Of a DNA stretch of 64,000 bases, positions 42,176 to 55,801 are shown in pieces. The notes below the pieces were generated by a model, which was given only the letters and a program-made list of their open reading frames with translations, was not told where the DNA came from and did not search any database. The stretch covers positions 15,314,001 to 15,378,000 of the forward strand of contig OZ059895.1 in NCBI GenBank assembly GCA_964057225.1. Direction: 5' to 3'. Position numbers and translations under genes: made by a program. Within the stretch, counting starts at the first letter, position 1. Every line of letters begins with the position of its first letter. The stretch is from Auanema rhodensis (lineage: Eukaryota; Animalia; Nematoda).

Positions 42176-42431
42176 CTATTTGTCCTTGAGTGCTTTTTGA
42201 TATTCTTCTTTATATATTTTCGAGTATTTTTCCAATTTCTTCTCCAAATGCAAGTTTCGATACTTTTCCTCTGCTGTTGCTGCACCTCGTACTATAGCTT
42301 TAGCTGCAGCTTTTACGGGGGCACTTTCTGATAGCTGGAAGATATTTTTACTTTCAAAAATGGAATCACATACAAACCTCTTGAATAACTTTCTCATTAT
42401 TCAAAAGCTGTCTGACGATTCTCCAAACCAT
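42176..42431 (-). CDS. NCBP2AS2-like microprotein (~70 aa)
   Basis: Two exons: MVWRIVRQLLNNEKVIQE|LSESAPVKAAAKAIVRG...YSKIYKEEYQKALKDK (cf. human NCBP2AS2 LVERLSESRPIRRAA). Confidence 0.75.
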
Positions 42432-42877
42432 TCAAAATCTAAAAATACAATACGCTTTCTTTGACTTCCATCAAAATAAAAAGTTTTGTTAGAATAATAA
42501 CATCAATGTTTCAATGATTTTACCTTTCAACACACGATTCCTTTACAATTCAAGTTCTCAAATTCCACTACTTAATAAAATTCTGATAAATTAAGAAAAG
42601 AGTAGTTTATAGTTCAATAATTAATGGATCAACCTCTAGTAAAGGCTGGAAGTGTTCAAACTCTAAATTTATTTGGCAACAAGTAATGAAGTATGACTTA
42701 GAAATCGGTGACAGAAAATATGATTATAAATAAATAATAATACATTACTATTTGCATAGGCATTGAACATGGCATTAGAATTCTGCGAGGCAGATTAGAA
42801 ATAATCACAAACATGACCCTTTCGAGAAAAAAGTTTGATATTTTGTACTGATGATACGTTACAAGTGAAGTAGGGAA

Positions 42878-43724
42878 TCAATGATTTGGAGTCTCAAGCT
42901 TCTTTTCCAAATAGTATTCGACAAGAGCTCCAACATTCAAGCGGAAATTATCCAGGTGAGATTCAATGTGTCCTATACAAACATCATCAAGATTTTCTCT
43001 ACCTAAGGCTACAGCTTTCAAAATAGTCTTTCTGTATGGAGCAGCATGAATTACAACCTAAGATACGAAAAACTTGTCATCTTTTCATCAGTGTGATGTG
43101 TACCTTGAACAGCTGTTTAGAGACAAATCCATGATGCCTTTTAAGAGTTGTTTCATAAGCTTTATTAATAGCATTACTCAAGCTTTCCGTTCTGCTTTTG
43201 TCTTCAAACATTCTGTATTCTGTTACCATAAGAGTTAACAATTGCAACATAAATTCCAGTCCCCTAGAATCGTAGAGATAATACAGATGAATGATAAGAT
43301 AGGCTGATACCTTTTCAACCAGAGCAACCCTTCCGTAGCGATTCCCAATTTCCCACCATTTTCAGCCAAATCACTATCAATCAATTGTTGTAAATAAGTC
43401 TGGGCTAAATAGCAAATCATAGTTTCAAATGAGAAAATCAAAAGATCCTTACATTCCTTATTTTTTTCGAAACGAGTACGCACTTTATTTACATTTCCCT
43501 GAATATCACTTTTAACAGGAGCAAAAGCTGTACCAAGAAATCCTACAAGAAAAAATAACTAGCTCATAGAGGGTACTGAAAAGAAACCAACCGACAAAAT
43601 CAGCAATGCCCTGACATGCGCTTAAAAATTGTTCGGTAGGAATGTTACCAGCTTCTAAGTGTGGGAAAAGGTGCTCCTTCTTGGAAAAATAAGTTTCAAC
43701 TTCATTAGGGTCTACACTTGTCAT
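42878..43724 (-). CDS. Glycolipid transfer protein (GLTP domain)
   Basis: FLSACQGIADFVGFLGTAFAPVKSDIQGNVNK; ATEGLLWLKRGLEF; AYETTLKRHHGFVSKQLF. Confidence 0.92.
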
Positions 43725-44141
43725 TACTTTAAGTAGCTGTTGCTAAAAAGTTTGATATGACTTTCAAATTGAAAAGAATAAAGAAGTTTATCAAATAATC
43801 TTTAATTTTATTGGCAACCAGCCCATTAACAATCAAAACTACCGTAATTTTTTTCGTTGTGGGAACCTCAACCATTCTCTGTCTGTGTAGGTCGCATAGA
43901 CAACGGGCGGTTTAGCATGTAAAGATTGCCATTCGTCTCAGTGTGAGTTAGTTTTAGGGTTTATTCCATTGTCTTGAGCCTTCAAGTATTATATAGTTCC
44001 TCAAAAAGTTTTTTTGATGAATGATATAGTTCTTATCAGTAGTTATTTAATTATTTCTTGCTGTTCTCTATGTTTTTTTGACATTTCCTCAACATTTGAA
44101 GATTTAAACTTCAATTTTTAAGTTTTCCAGGTCAATCAACC

Positions 44142-44558
<417 letters not shown>

Positions 44559-44829
44559 GTGTTTAGTTTGATTGTTTATGAACTCCTTTATGTCTTCTAT
44601 GTTTTATAGTAAGTGCGAGGGGCAGACTGGTTGTTCATTACGATAGTTTCAGATAAATAATTTTGAGAATTAGTTTTAGACAATGAAATTATTTATAGAA
44701 TTACAGTTCTTTATAACAGCGTATAAACTTAAATATCTTACAAACATTGAAATATAAAAATATATAATCAAATCATTTACAACCCGTTTATTGGTACAAT
44801 TGGCTCTATAATATGTACAAAGACCCGTA

Positions 44830-47087
44830 TTAGCTTATTTGCTGGATTGAGTTCCGCTTATTGATCACATCAAGAGGAAAGTGTGCTGACGGCTCGTTCG
44901 AGTCTCTTCTTCTCTCGAAACTACTCACTATACCACGAACTGCGACAGTTGGTGGACGTGGTTGCGTAGACCTACAGGAAGCTGAGTGAGCTCTAGGCAA
45001 TCTTCCATTGAACTGAGGTGAGTGTCTATAGCGAGATGCTTCTAGAGCTCCATGGAACATCCGTAATTGATCGATAAAACCCTAAAAGATAGGTACTGAT
45101 CTTAGTTTGCAGAACAGGACACACCTTGTTGGGCGTTATACAATTTCGGCATTTCTTAACGTGTTCAAGAGCTTTCTCTAGGCCCCAACCATATTCCTTC
45201 ATAGCAAAAGCTATCACAGTTGACGAACTACGACTTATTCCTTTTTTGCAGTGAACTAGACATACTTTCCCTGATTCTCTTAAAATACAGGATTCAGTTA
45301 TGATAAAAGGATATTGGACTTACTTTGCTTTTTTGATGAAAGCCCAAGTCATATTCCAATGATTCAATAGTTGGGTATTGGCTTCATCAGTAACCCATAT
45401 CTTTCTATATTCAAAGTGCTGTGGAAAGAAATTATCCACTTCTCTCGTCATATTAAGGATATAACCAACACTGTAGCCAAAAATATATGTTCATATTTCT
45501 TTGAAAACATACTTATTTGCTTTTAATTCTTCCCAGTTAGAAGCATTCCATTCTGTACCAAGAAGAAGGTAGGGAAAAATGATACTAGGTTTATCCAATT
45601 GTCCCAAAATTACCAGCATTTCTTTATCAATAAACTCCTAAAATACAAAATTTTGAAGAAAAAAGATAAGAACAGTCGTACTTTGTGATTTTTCACTTTT
45701 CCGAATCGTTTACTTAAAGATTCTCTAATATCTTTACTAGTAACTGAGTCTAAATCTACAGATTGCATAATCTGTCTTAATTCTTTTCGCAATATTGCTT
45801 CCTTAAATAAAAAAAATTCTAATTCGATTAGGGTACGCAAGTTAAAACCTTTGCTTGTATGCCTTCGTCAACAGTATGATCTCTCACGGTATCAGCTTTT
45901 AAGCCGTAATCCTCATCAACATCTAATGGGGATTGCTGCCTGAATGAGAAAGAACTATTAAATATATTTTTTAAACTAGTAATTACCATTGAGCACAGAG
46001 AAAATCTTCTGAAGTTATGCGATCCATGTAGTGTTGAGTTCCAACTGCAGGTTCTTTTAATCCACGTTTCGGAGAGTTTTGACGAGTGAACTCTAGTTCT
46101 TTATGAAGAGATTGGAACACAAACCTTGAACAATAAACATTTTCTAGAATTATCATGCGACAATTTACCACATTGCTTGGACAGAAATTGGTCGAAATAG
46201 TATGGCATTATCGGCTTTACTACAAGATTGGGAAGAACCATGAACAGTAACACCTCCATCCATAGAAAGCTCCACCCTACTACACCATAAAAGAGGTAAA
46301 ACAACGCCAATGCTTAATAAGCAAGATATTGTACGGTACATTGAAATAAAGAAATACCTCATTTGGCCTTTATAAAAATCCATGCCTAACAGAAGAACCC
46401 GGCGATCAGAATCATATGACGAAACAACGGCTAAATACCGAATATGCTCTACTACCTTAACATGTAGATATATATAACATTAACATAATAGAATAGAATA
46501 GAATATACCTGTGTTTGAAGCCTTACAGCCATATTCAAAATATCTTGAGGTCTGAGTAGTCTGAGCATAAGCTGTAAATGCATTTCGATTTCCGTAGCTT
46601 CAGCAGAACTATGAGAACATGAAGGCGAATTTTCACTAAAGCAAGAAAGAAGAATAATAGAATATGTATTATAATATAATTTACTCAAGAAAACGATGAG
46701 GTAATATCACAGCAGCGCTTTTTACTGCAAAATAGCATTCAGATAGAGTTCTATTACGAGAAGAGCAGCGAGACTCATCCAAATCCTGAAAATCAAGAAT
46801 TAAGAGTTTATCAATAAGAAGAGATGTTGAGCTGAATGAACACGCATTAGGATTGAGCTTATAATATGTATTCAATAGCCGAGCTTATTAGAATATTGAT
46901 TAAACACCTGACCAGCACGCCACGTGGTTTAATTTTTCACGTGAAATGCAATGTAAGCAATTGACAATGAATACAAAAATATAAAGAAAATATAAAGAAA
47001 ATTGAAAAAAAATTAAAAACTTACCAAACTCTCGCTTTCATCTCCGATGGATGGAGTTGGCGACCTTTGAACTTGGACTAACGACAT
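44830..47087 (-). CDS. ssh: Slingshot-family dual-specificity (cofilin) phosphatase
   Basis: MSLVQVQRSPTPS; LSECYFAVKSAAVILP; HLQLMLRLLRPQDILNMAVRL; IGVVLPL...MDGGV; FRPISVQAMW; DEK-like LRQIMQSVDLDSVTSKDIR; GQLDKPSIIFPYLLLGTEWNASN; catalytic VHCKKGISRSSSTVIAFAMKEYGW. Confidence 0.92.
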
Positions 47088-48327
47088 TATGCCGTAATAC
47101 TTGAACAATAAATTGGATTAATGAAAAAAAATTAAAATCAACATACATTAAATAGTTCAGAGTCTCACAACTCGGCAACAGTTGCGCACCCAATTATAAA
47201 TTGTTTTCGCAGGATTCTGAAGTCATAAAACGGTTAAGGCTTGGATTAAAAACAAACGTTCTAGCACAATTAAAAGATTTTAAAAGTATACTAAAAAAGC
47301 TGTACATAGAAGGAACGGAGAAATATAAATAGAATAGCATTGTTAGAAAAAAAGGAAAGTACGCAATGAGTACATTTTGAATATATGGAGATTAATAGTT
47401 TTTTAAGACTAAGCCACACAAGATAATATATTATAAAGGATGAGCCGTGATGCATAAACTAATTAAACATAATAATAGAAATAAAAAATACTACCTTAGA
47501 TCAAAATATTTTCATAAATTTCATGACAAATACTTAGGTTTATGAATTCTTAATCTGAAATAGTCAACATATCGAACTTGCTATATTTTAAAGTTCAATA
47601 TATAGTAGGAAAAACCAGATGAATACCAAAAAAGGTAAAATGAAATAATTTTCATTTGGTTAGTACATGAATAGAGAGTGAAAAATAATGAAAAAGAAGA
47701 AAGGAAATACTGCTCATGAACCGAAACTGATAAAAAGTATAAACATAGTTGTTTTTCAGTGCGTTTTCATCCGAAATAAACGAAGACTACATGATTAAAG
47801 CGAAGCAGAATAACTAGGAAATAGAATTTTGGGTATGACTATGATCCAATCAGCTGAATTAAAGTAAATTATAAATTATAATTCTAATATATGTCATCAT
47901 ACAAAGGAGATTGCGAAGGGAAAGCAACAATCAATACGGGTGGGGGACGTCTCGCGCACGCTATTTGCGATTTGGGCCAGCTGGTCGGTCGCTGTTATTA
48001 TTATTCTGCACTCTGTTGGTCTGTGTTATGTTTGTGATCTAAACAAATAGCAAAATAGAATTTGAATGAAGTATCGCTTGAACTTCCTAAGTTCTTTTAT
48101 GAGTTTTTGGACATGAAAACGGTGACAAACAACTACACGAGAAGGGTAGCGAGGCTGTTCCATATGGGTCTTGTTGATTCAGTAGGGCTGTAAAAGATGG
48201 GAGAGCAGGAAGAGTAAAATGAGTAATTCGTGAATTTCAAAAACATATACCCTCCGAAAGGAAAATAAGACATGAATGGTTTTCCGTTGAGGCTAAAGTT
48301 AAATTAAAATTTTGAACAATATCTACA

Positions 48328-48433
48328 ATGATGGTGGTAGTTGCGGTATAGAGGGTAGTGATGATGATGATGATGATGAGGAGGATGATGATGATGATGA
48401 TGGTGGCGGTAGAGAGAGTAGTGATGATGATGA
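48328..48433. repeat. (GAT)n tract with an internal duplicated unit
   Basis: ggtgg..gcggta(t/g)agag(g/a)gtagtgatgatgatga occurs twice. Confidence 0.8.
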
Positions 48434-48746
48434 ATAATTCTCAATGACAAACTATGTCGATGAGACAATATTGGTGCTATTGTGGCGACAAAATTGTTCT
48501 TGAATCGTCATACTGTTATATACAAACTAGGTTGATATAATTGTTCATGTATGAGTGAGAAGAAAATCTGATATGTGCAACAGGCTGAGGAACTGGTCCA
48601 AAATGCTTGTAAATTAAAAAAAAATGAATAAACGCGAGACGACTGTAAATGGAACGCAGAGGATGAGGTTAAAAAGAGAGATTTCACAAAGTTTTAAAAA
48701 TATATAACCGAAATAGACATCATAAAAACGACACTAATATATTTAT

Positions 48747-51246
48747 TCATATAGAAGTTTGATTACTCAAAACATTTTCCAGATCATTCAGTGTGATGCA
48801 GTTGACATTCGATGACGGTAAGCAGCCAATAGGATTGCTGACGATAATACCTATGTTTGGATTTCTACATAAGAGTACAATGAATTTGAGAATCTCACCA
48901 GCTACTGTAGCCGTTGCAAAGCATGAGAGGATTCCAGATATAAGAGCTCTAACCACTAACTAAAATGAAATCAAAGATATTCAGGGTGAACCTTGAACTG
49001 TCTCTTGAGTGAACTACTAACCTCAGCCAATAATCGTTTTCGCTCTGGAACTAATTGTCCCAATGTTCCCAACATTGATCCAATCATGGAGATGTTCGAA
49101 AATCCACAACAAGCAAAAGTAGCAATCATACGTGCCCGATTCTAGACAATTATTTTTGTGGTAAAAGTAGTTGATGGGTACTCACACCAACAAGCTTTCC
49201 ACTAGATATTAGAAAAGCTAAATGTTTATAAGCGAGGAACTCGTTCAAAACAGTCTTAATTCCCATTAATTCGGCTACATACATTGTTTCTGCCGTTGCA
49301 ACCTTCAGAATAAATGTGAATTATGGAAAAAAATGTATATTTACATCCGGATTAGGATCGTCAGAAGCTCCCATCATATACGCAATTGGATAAAAAGCCC
49401 ATCCTATGATTTTCTAAGGAAAAACAAACTATACAACACTTCAACATTTCTCTTGTACAAACGTTTAGAGATAAGCCCTGATAACCAACTAGCTCTGCAG
49501 AATAGGCAATTAAACGATTCGAAGCTTCTAATAATGCCAAGAAAACCAAAAGGTTCGACCCTACAGCCATTACTAATCGAGCAGACTTTGTGGCACCGAC
49601 TGACACACATTCCAAAATATTTGAATGATGACTATGAAATTAAGAATGCTATTCATATTCAGGAATAGTCACCATACCTTTTAGCAAAATCGAATTCTTT
49701 GTCCTTTGATTCTTCCGTTTCCGGACAAATTATTTTCGAAAATGCCAATGAGACGCAAGCTGACATCAAAGTTGCGGTAAGAAGATAAGAAGGGCATGCC
49801 TAAAATAAGAAAGTAAATAAACATCTACGAAAAAGGAAACAATTATCTGACAAATTATAAATTGACCAAAACATATACCAATTATGTTTATTTCCGTCTG
49901 TAGGACAGTGCATCTGTTTATAAGCAGATGATTATCTTTCATAAATTATATTAAGCTTCATTGACATTGCTAATAATAACAGGAAACGTTCATACAATTA
50001 AAAAACAAAAAAATGAAGATATTTCGTAAATCTTTTAAAATGTGTTAAAAGCTTGTCCAACGTTTTACTGTAAATTTATTGATTTAAACGTTTCGCGCCG
50101 AGATTTAGTGCATATGCATATTAGCATAATAATGTTTTTTTGCGTCACGTAAAATCCATTTAAAATTGTTTTGTGTTCGCGGAGCGGTTGCTTTTCTGTT
50201 TTTTCCTACTCAATATACCGATAATAAATTATATTAAGATCTTTAAAAAACTTACCCCAAAAGCTATAAAGGCACTAAACAATGATCCAGCTATACATGA
50301 AAACCCTGTTGTCATTACTGTATGTATTTCACTGGCTGTAAGACGACCTAACGATTCTCCAACTAATAATGCTGCCTCTGTCTGTAAAAAGTCTTCAAAC
50401 TAATACTAAAACGTTTAGTTCACAGCACTTGTCCAACGAAAATACAAGCAGCTGCATTCAGAGATTCTGATCCTGTAGTTCCAACTGAATGAGACATAGC
50501 CCAAGCCAATATTTTAAGAACTTTTTGAATGATTCCCAGATAATATAGTAATTCAACAACTGCTCCAAAGAAAATAAGAATTTGAAGAGCCTGTCATTAA
50601 TATCCTAATTTATACAGCATGAAGTGATCTCATAAACTCACAGTAAATACAAAAACATAACTGAAATCACATATGGGAGGTGGCTGTGTTGCAAATCCAT
50701 AAACAAATGTTGAACCTCGATAAGTCAAATCAAGGAATCCTACCACCTGTAACAATTCAAATTGGAAAACAGATACTGAGTTTTCTTGCCTTCTCGACTA
50801 GCCACTGTAAGCCTTGGTTGCCGTGGGTCCATTTCAAAAAAACAGTACCACATACAAATTGGAGTGTTATTCCACCAATAACCGGTCGCCAAGAAATCTG
50901 AATTTTAATGCAAAATATGGTGTTCATGGTAACTATTCATACATTAGAAATATTGCGAGAACACAATGTAGCAATGCCGATCAGTAGAAAAAGACCTGCG
51001 ACTCCTCGAAGTCGGGCAGGCTGATCAAGTATTTCCGTTAATATCCACGAATAAAATGCTGCTAGAGCAACAAATATAAGAATTCTACAAAACAGTCATG
51101 TTAACTATAGCAACGAATATAAGCAAACTACTTGTACAATTCTATACCAAGCACAGGAGACGTCAAGAATTCTTTTAAAAACTTCAAAATAGGATCAATT
51201 TTAGAATGTATCCATTCTTTTTTAGCATTATAAATAGCATGGAAAA
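48747..51246 (-). CDS. slc-28: Concentrative Na+/nucleoside cotransporter (SLC28/CNT); extreme 5' exon(s) unresolved
   Basis: [14 protein letters not shown]; [18 protein letters not shown]; [21 protein letters not shown]; [11 protein letters not shown]; [10 protein letters not shown]; [15 protein letters not shown]. All exons I traced splice in phase. Confidence 0.92.
50095..50190 (+). promoter_or_regulatory. Composite GC-rich motif, copy A, inside an enlarged slc-28 intron
   Basis: GCGCCGA-N7-TGCATATG-N25-GCGTCA...GAGCGGTTG; overlaps an E2F-like TTTCGCGC. Confidence 0.4.
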
Positions 51247-52737
51247 CTATAAAAGAATAAATTTTATATTGTATAGCGAATAATAATAGAGATTTTGATG
51301 GATTTCTGTATAAGACATAGCAGGAAAAAAGAAAAAATAATATTCCTATTCCACCTTTAACAGTACAGACTTTTCTTAAAATATTCTCATTAACCTCGAA
51401 GTTTTAAAAGAAAAAACAAATGAAAAACACTTACTTTATGCAGGAGGACACCTTTGCATTCATATGTATAGAATGGAACAACTCATCAATATGATTATCG
51501 ACAGATGAAATTCATGTTATGGAACCAGACCTAGAGATCACCTAGACTATCAATACGCCAATTTTTGTTTTTTTTTCTCTTCTCACTTCTTTATTGTTAA
51601 AACTATTTGTTTTGGACAAACAAATACAACTCAATATAAGAATTTAGAAGTTTATAAATAAGGAAAATATACATAAATCGATAATAATCTCAAATCAAAC
51701 TTATCTGAGGTATGTATGTATTGATGAGTGATCTCATAATCTTTCACATTTCACCACACATCACATCTCATCATATCAGTCTTTTTTGGAATATTTTGTG
51801 TTTTTTATCGGTTTTTTTGCTGGTTTCGTTCAATTGTTGTATTAATTGTTTGCCTTCTATGCTGTAGATTTTTCATTTAATTTTAAAAAACCAGTTACTT
51901 TCCATATAAGTATGTATGTATGTATGTATGTATGGACATATAGAGATGTCGACTCTAACTATATATTATTATTATTATACTAGATTGGATGAGCGTCCTT
52001 TACTGTAATTGAAAAAAAAAAAAAAACTTAAAAGTTTGTTCGGATAAATGTTCATCAAACTTTCATTTTTAAAAAGAAATATATCTTTTCTATATAATAC
52101 TATATACTATATACGTCATAACACGATTTCACATAATCTAATCATGTTCAGCACAATTTTCAGAGATGAAGCCGCAGCATTCCAATTGAAATTCATATTT
52201 CAATAATTTCTGGTGTAGTTCACCATACGCTGACATACTCTAACTACTGACCTTAGATTATATTTATAAATTTTGTCGTAACCATTCCACACTTCGATTG
52301 CATTCGATAAACTGTTTTTGGGGCTAAGCAAGTTGTTTATGGCTTATGTATTCTCTGTCATATTACTTTACATTCTTCTTTAGATTAGAGATACGGTTGG
52401 CACATTATCTCAAATGAATATAGAGAGGATAGCCTCTGTATGCTTAAGTGCTATTTTGGCCTTCATCATATTGGTTTTCGCATTTCCTTTTACACAAATC
52501 TCCTCTTGTTCCTATATATGCGCTTCTTCTGTATATTATCTTTTCTTTCCATTTCCTTTCTCGCGCTTCTGCATCACCCTGTTCGTCAACTCCGTTCATT
52601 CTGTCCTTTCTTCTTCTAACCGCTGTCGTTTTTTCTCTCTCTCTCACTCACTCTCTCTCATTTGCCCTCTCTCTCTTCTTTTGCTCCCTATCCAGTCAGC
52701 TTCCTCTACCTTCTTTTGTCTGTTTGCTCCTCCTCTG

Positions 52738-55609
52738 ATGATTCTGGGAGGCAGGTAGCCGTCACTTCTTCTGTCAGCATCATTTCCGTTTTTTGTTGTT
52801 TAAATGAAAATTCACTTAACGACTTTCTTTGTAGTAAACGATCTTGAAAAGAGCTATTCGGTCCGCCTACCATCATCATGACATCAGAATCATAACAGTC
52901 TCAGCTGTGGCTGTCCTACTAGTTTTTTTTGCAGCTTGTCTCTTATCCAACGAAACTTTACAATGTAAGCCGTTTTTCAATTTTTTGTTGGATTACCAGA
53001 AATCAACTTGAATCTCTGACGTTCATTCCTCTTCTTTCTTGAAGTTTCTCTCTCTTGTTCCTAATTGATCGTTCTGCTGTCTCTTTATATTACACGAAAT
53101 CTCTAATTGTCGTTGCAACCTACCGCAAAGTTGCTGATCTTCATGTCATCATGTTGCATCTTGATGTATTGCCTAAACTCAGCGTATCAATTCATTATTA
53201 ACAACCAGCTTCAATATTTCGTAAACAATTTTTGTAAAAATCTATATTCACAGATGAACATGGCACTGCTACTATTGCTTTTGACCAGTTTCGCACCTCT
53301 ATTTACCGGTTACATCCATTACAACATTTCCTAATCAGCTCACCTTTTGCATATTTCTCATTATTTTTGTTGTTTTAGATCCTGACTAATCAGCTTCGTA
53401 GTCTGACGATGTCCGGTTTCTGTTTTTAATTTTGTTTGTTCCCTCTGTTCTTAAGCCTATCCTTCTCTAGTTGATTTTGTCTAGCTTCAATCTCGTTTTG
53501 TTAAGCATTCTACTAAGCCCTAGTAGAGGTGTATTCTTATCTTAAGATGAATTTTGCAATTTTTCTAAATTTATCTGCACTTAAGCTTTCGTCGTGGTTC
53601 GGAAGCAACCGCTTTGAGCGCTTGTGGAAGAGTAAATGAACAAGCTGTGACATTGACGTTGACGTACGATTGTTGGATAAAAAGTGGCGTCTCCGGGCTT
53701 CGTCATTCGCTTCATTAGTTTGTAGCTACTTCGATACTTTTAATTGTATCAATTTTCAATACATTAACCTTTTTGCACTTCTAATAGCATGCTCTCATCT
53801 GGGTCAAGTTCTGAGACGAAGTTGCAGCTCTTCAACTAATTGTAAACATACTTCTAACTCAATATTTGGATAGTATCCTCTAGCTCATTTCAATGCTACT
53901 TTTACCTCGTTGGACCTTATCGTATGTATAATTGAATGCTGATACTTCTCACTACTTGCTCTACTTGATCTACTTGGTCTAAGAACAGATTCATGATTTC
54001 AACTTTCTTTTTTTCTTTTTTTTTGACTGAACCGATCGTTTAGCAAACGATTCCCTGTCCCAAAACAATGTTTCTCGACGTTCGTGCATACATATCCATG
54101 TACCAATTTAGTTGTTCCGAAATCGTTCTGGAATGTAATCACTGGCTTGTCCACATCTTTTCTACAGTTACGATGATCTGTCGCCAGCATTCCAGATAGT
54201 CTGCTGACCTTATACGATCTGAATAGATGAAAACACATCATCGACCTTCCCTGTATTCAATGGAACAAATGTCTAGACTTAAACCATTCCCTTCTTTTCA
54301 TAAAAAAAGATTTTGATAATCTTGAATGAATGTGATTATTGCTGGAATTCATGTCAACTGTCTGTGCATGTCAGCTCTTCAGCATGTCCATTACACGAAA
54401 ACAAATATTTTGATGTTTTTCGTTATTCAAAATTTCTTCCATATTTACCGTTTATACTAATTTTGTTACTATAAAATGAAATGATTCATACATTTCGTCT
54501 ATTCTCATTCCAGTTTGTTCTCTCACTCTTCATCTTCTTCTTTTTCTTCTCTCGTATGCTTCCCTATCATTTCGTTTGATATCTGATTCTTCTACATTCC
54601 ACTCAGTTCAATTGTCTACTTCAGTCAAATCGAATCCTTTCTAACTCTATCTCTTCCAAATACAACCAAAAGATTCCCATGATCTTCTTTGATCGTATTT
54701 GAAGATTTATGAGAATTTTTCTCTGTATTTCCTTCATTTTTTAAAAGATATGCTTATTAACCAAATAGTTGCTCTTCCCACGATATCTTCATACTTGAAC
54801 TCATATCTATTCTGACATATTGTCATCTTAAAACCTCTCTGTCATTTCTCTGCACTTTACATGCTTTACTGTCGATTTTATCTTTCAATCTCAATAATCG
54901 AATGTTTTCGTCATTGATTTGTAGCTGTAGGCTTGATATGTAAGAAGATTTTAAAGGACATCCCTTTTTAGAGTTCATCGTTTACCTTGAGATCATTGTC
55001 ATTCATTTTTCTGAATTGAAATGTATAATAACGTAAGGAAACTGCTAAACAACTTACTTTGCTTCTATTTCTAAATATTGTAGCCGCGGCCTAGTTGTAG
55101 TAAAGAGACAATCACAATAGATACTGCAATTCCATTTCACCAGCATAAGCCACCACATGTTCCAGCTGGGTATGGAATTCCAAAAGATACTGTCAATCCG
55201 GAGATCAAAGCTCGGTAAAAAAAACATATATATGAAAGCTGTTTATACGTTTTTTTAAAAAACAATTTTCAGTCTCGATTATGCTCCACCCAGAGTAAAT
55301 TCTCTGAACTTTCCACCACGTAACAGCTTACTGCCATCTCCAACAAATAGTTTTAATTCTTGGGCTGGTAAGCCAACATCATTCAATGAATTGCAATTCA
55401 CACCACGCATCGTAATCAGGTAAGAATCATAGTCAGTGATCTATTTTTAATTTTTAAGGAGTTACAGTCCTCCCGTTGATTCGGAAACTATTTTGCCTTT
55501 ACCACCAAGAAGAACCCATCGAAAGAGCTTATGTACCGCAATCGCCTTAGCAGCAGTTATAACATCTATTGTGACAATATTAATAGCTCTGCTCATATTC
55601 AGCGAGTGA
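52738..55609 (+). CDS. Orphan Pro/Ser-rich protein with a single C-terminal transmembrane helix (tail-anchored); 3' exons firm, 5' exons tentative
   Basis: Three in-phase exons from 55084 to stop at 55609 end in RRTHRKSLCTAIALAAVITSIVTILIALLIFSE*. Phase-compatible upstream candidates: 52738-52754, 53586-53663, 54044-54134. Confidence 0.55.
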
Positions 55610-55742
55610 TCACATTAATTACTTCAAAATCATCATTACATATACCGGATTTCATGTTTTTCTTTTTGACAAAATAAATTCATTGCAACAGCACGTAACT
55701 TGATTAATCGAAAACGAGAAATACTAAAAGCCACACAACATA

Positions 55743-55801
55743 CAACCGCTCTTGACGCGTCATCCGAAAAGAAATAGTTCTCATATGCAAATTTTCGGCG
55801 C
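55743..55801 (-). promoter_or_regulatory. Composite GC-rich motif, copy B, between two convergent genes
   Basis: GCGCCGA-N5-TGCATATG-N23-GCGTCA-A-GAGCGGTTG on the minus strand. Confidence 0.4.

Noticed and set aside
48747-51246. slc-28 as a pseudogene (fragmentary in the ORF track)
   Set aside because: Manual splicing gives continuous in-phase exons with no stops
54989-55010. TGAGATCATTGT resembling the bantam/mir-80 family 5' end
   Set aside because: The 3' half does not match and there is no complementary arm nearby
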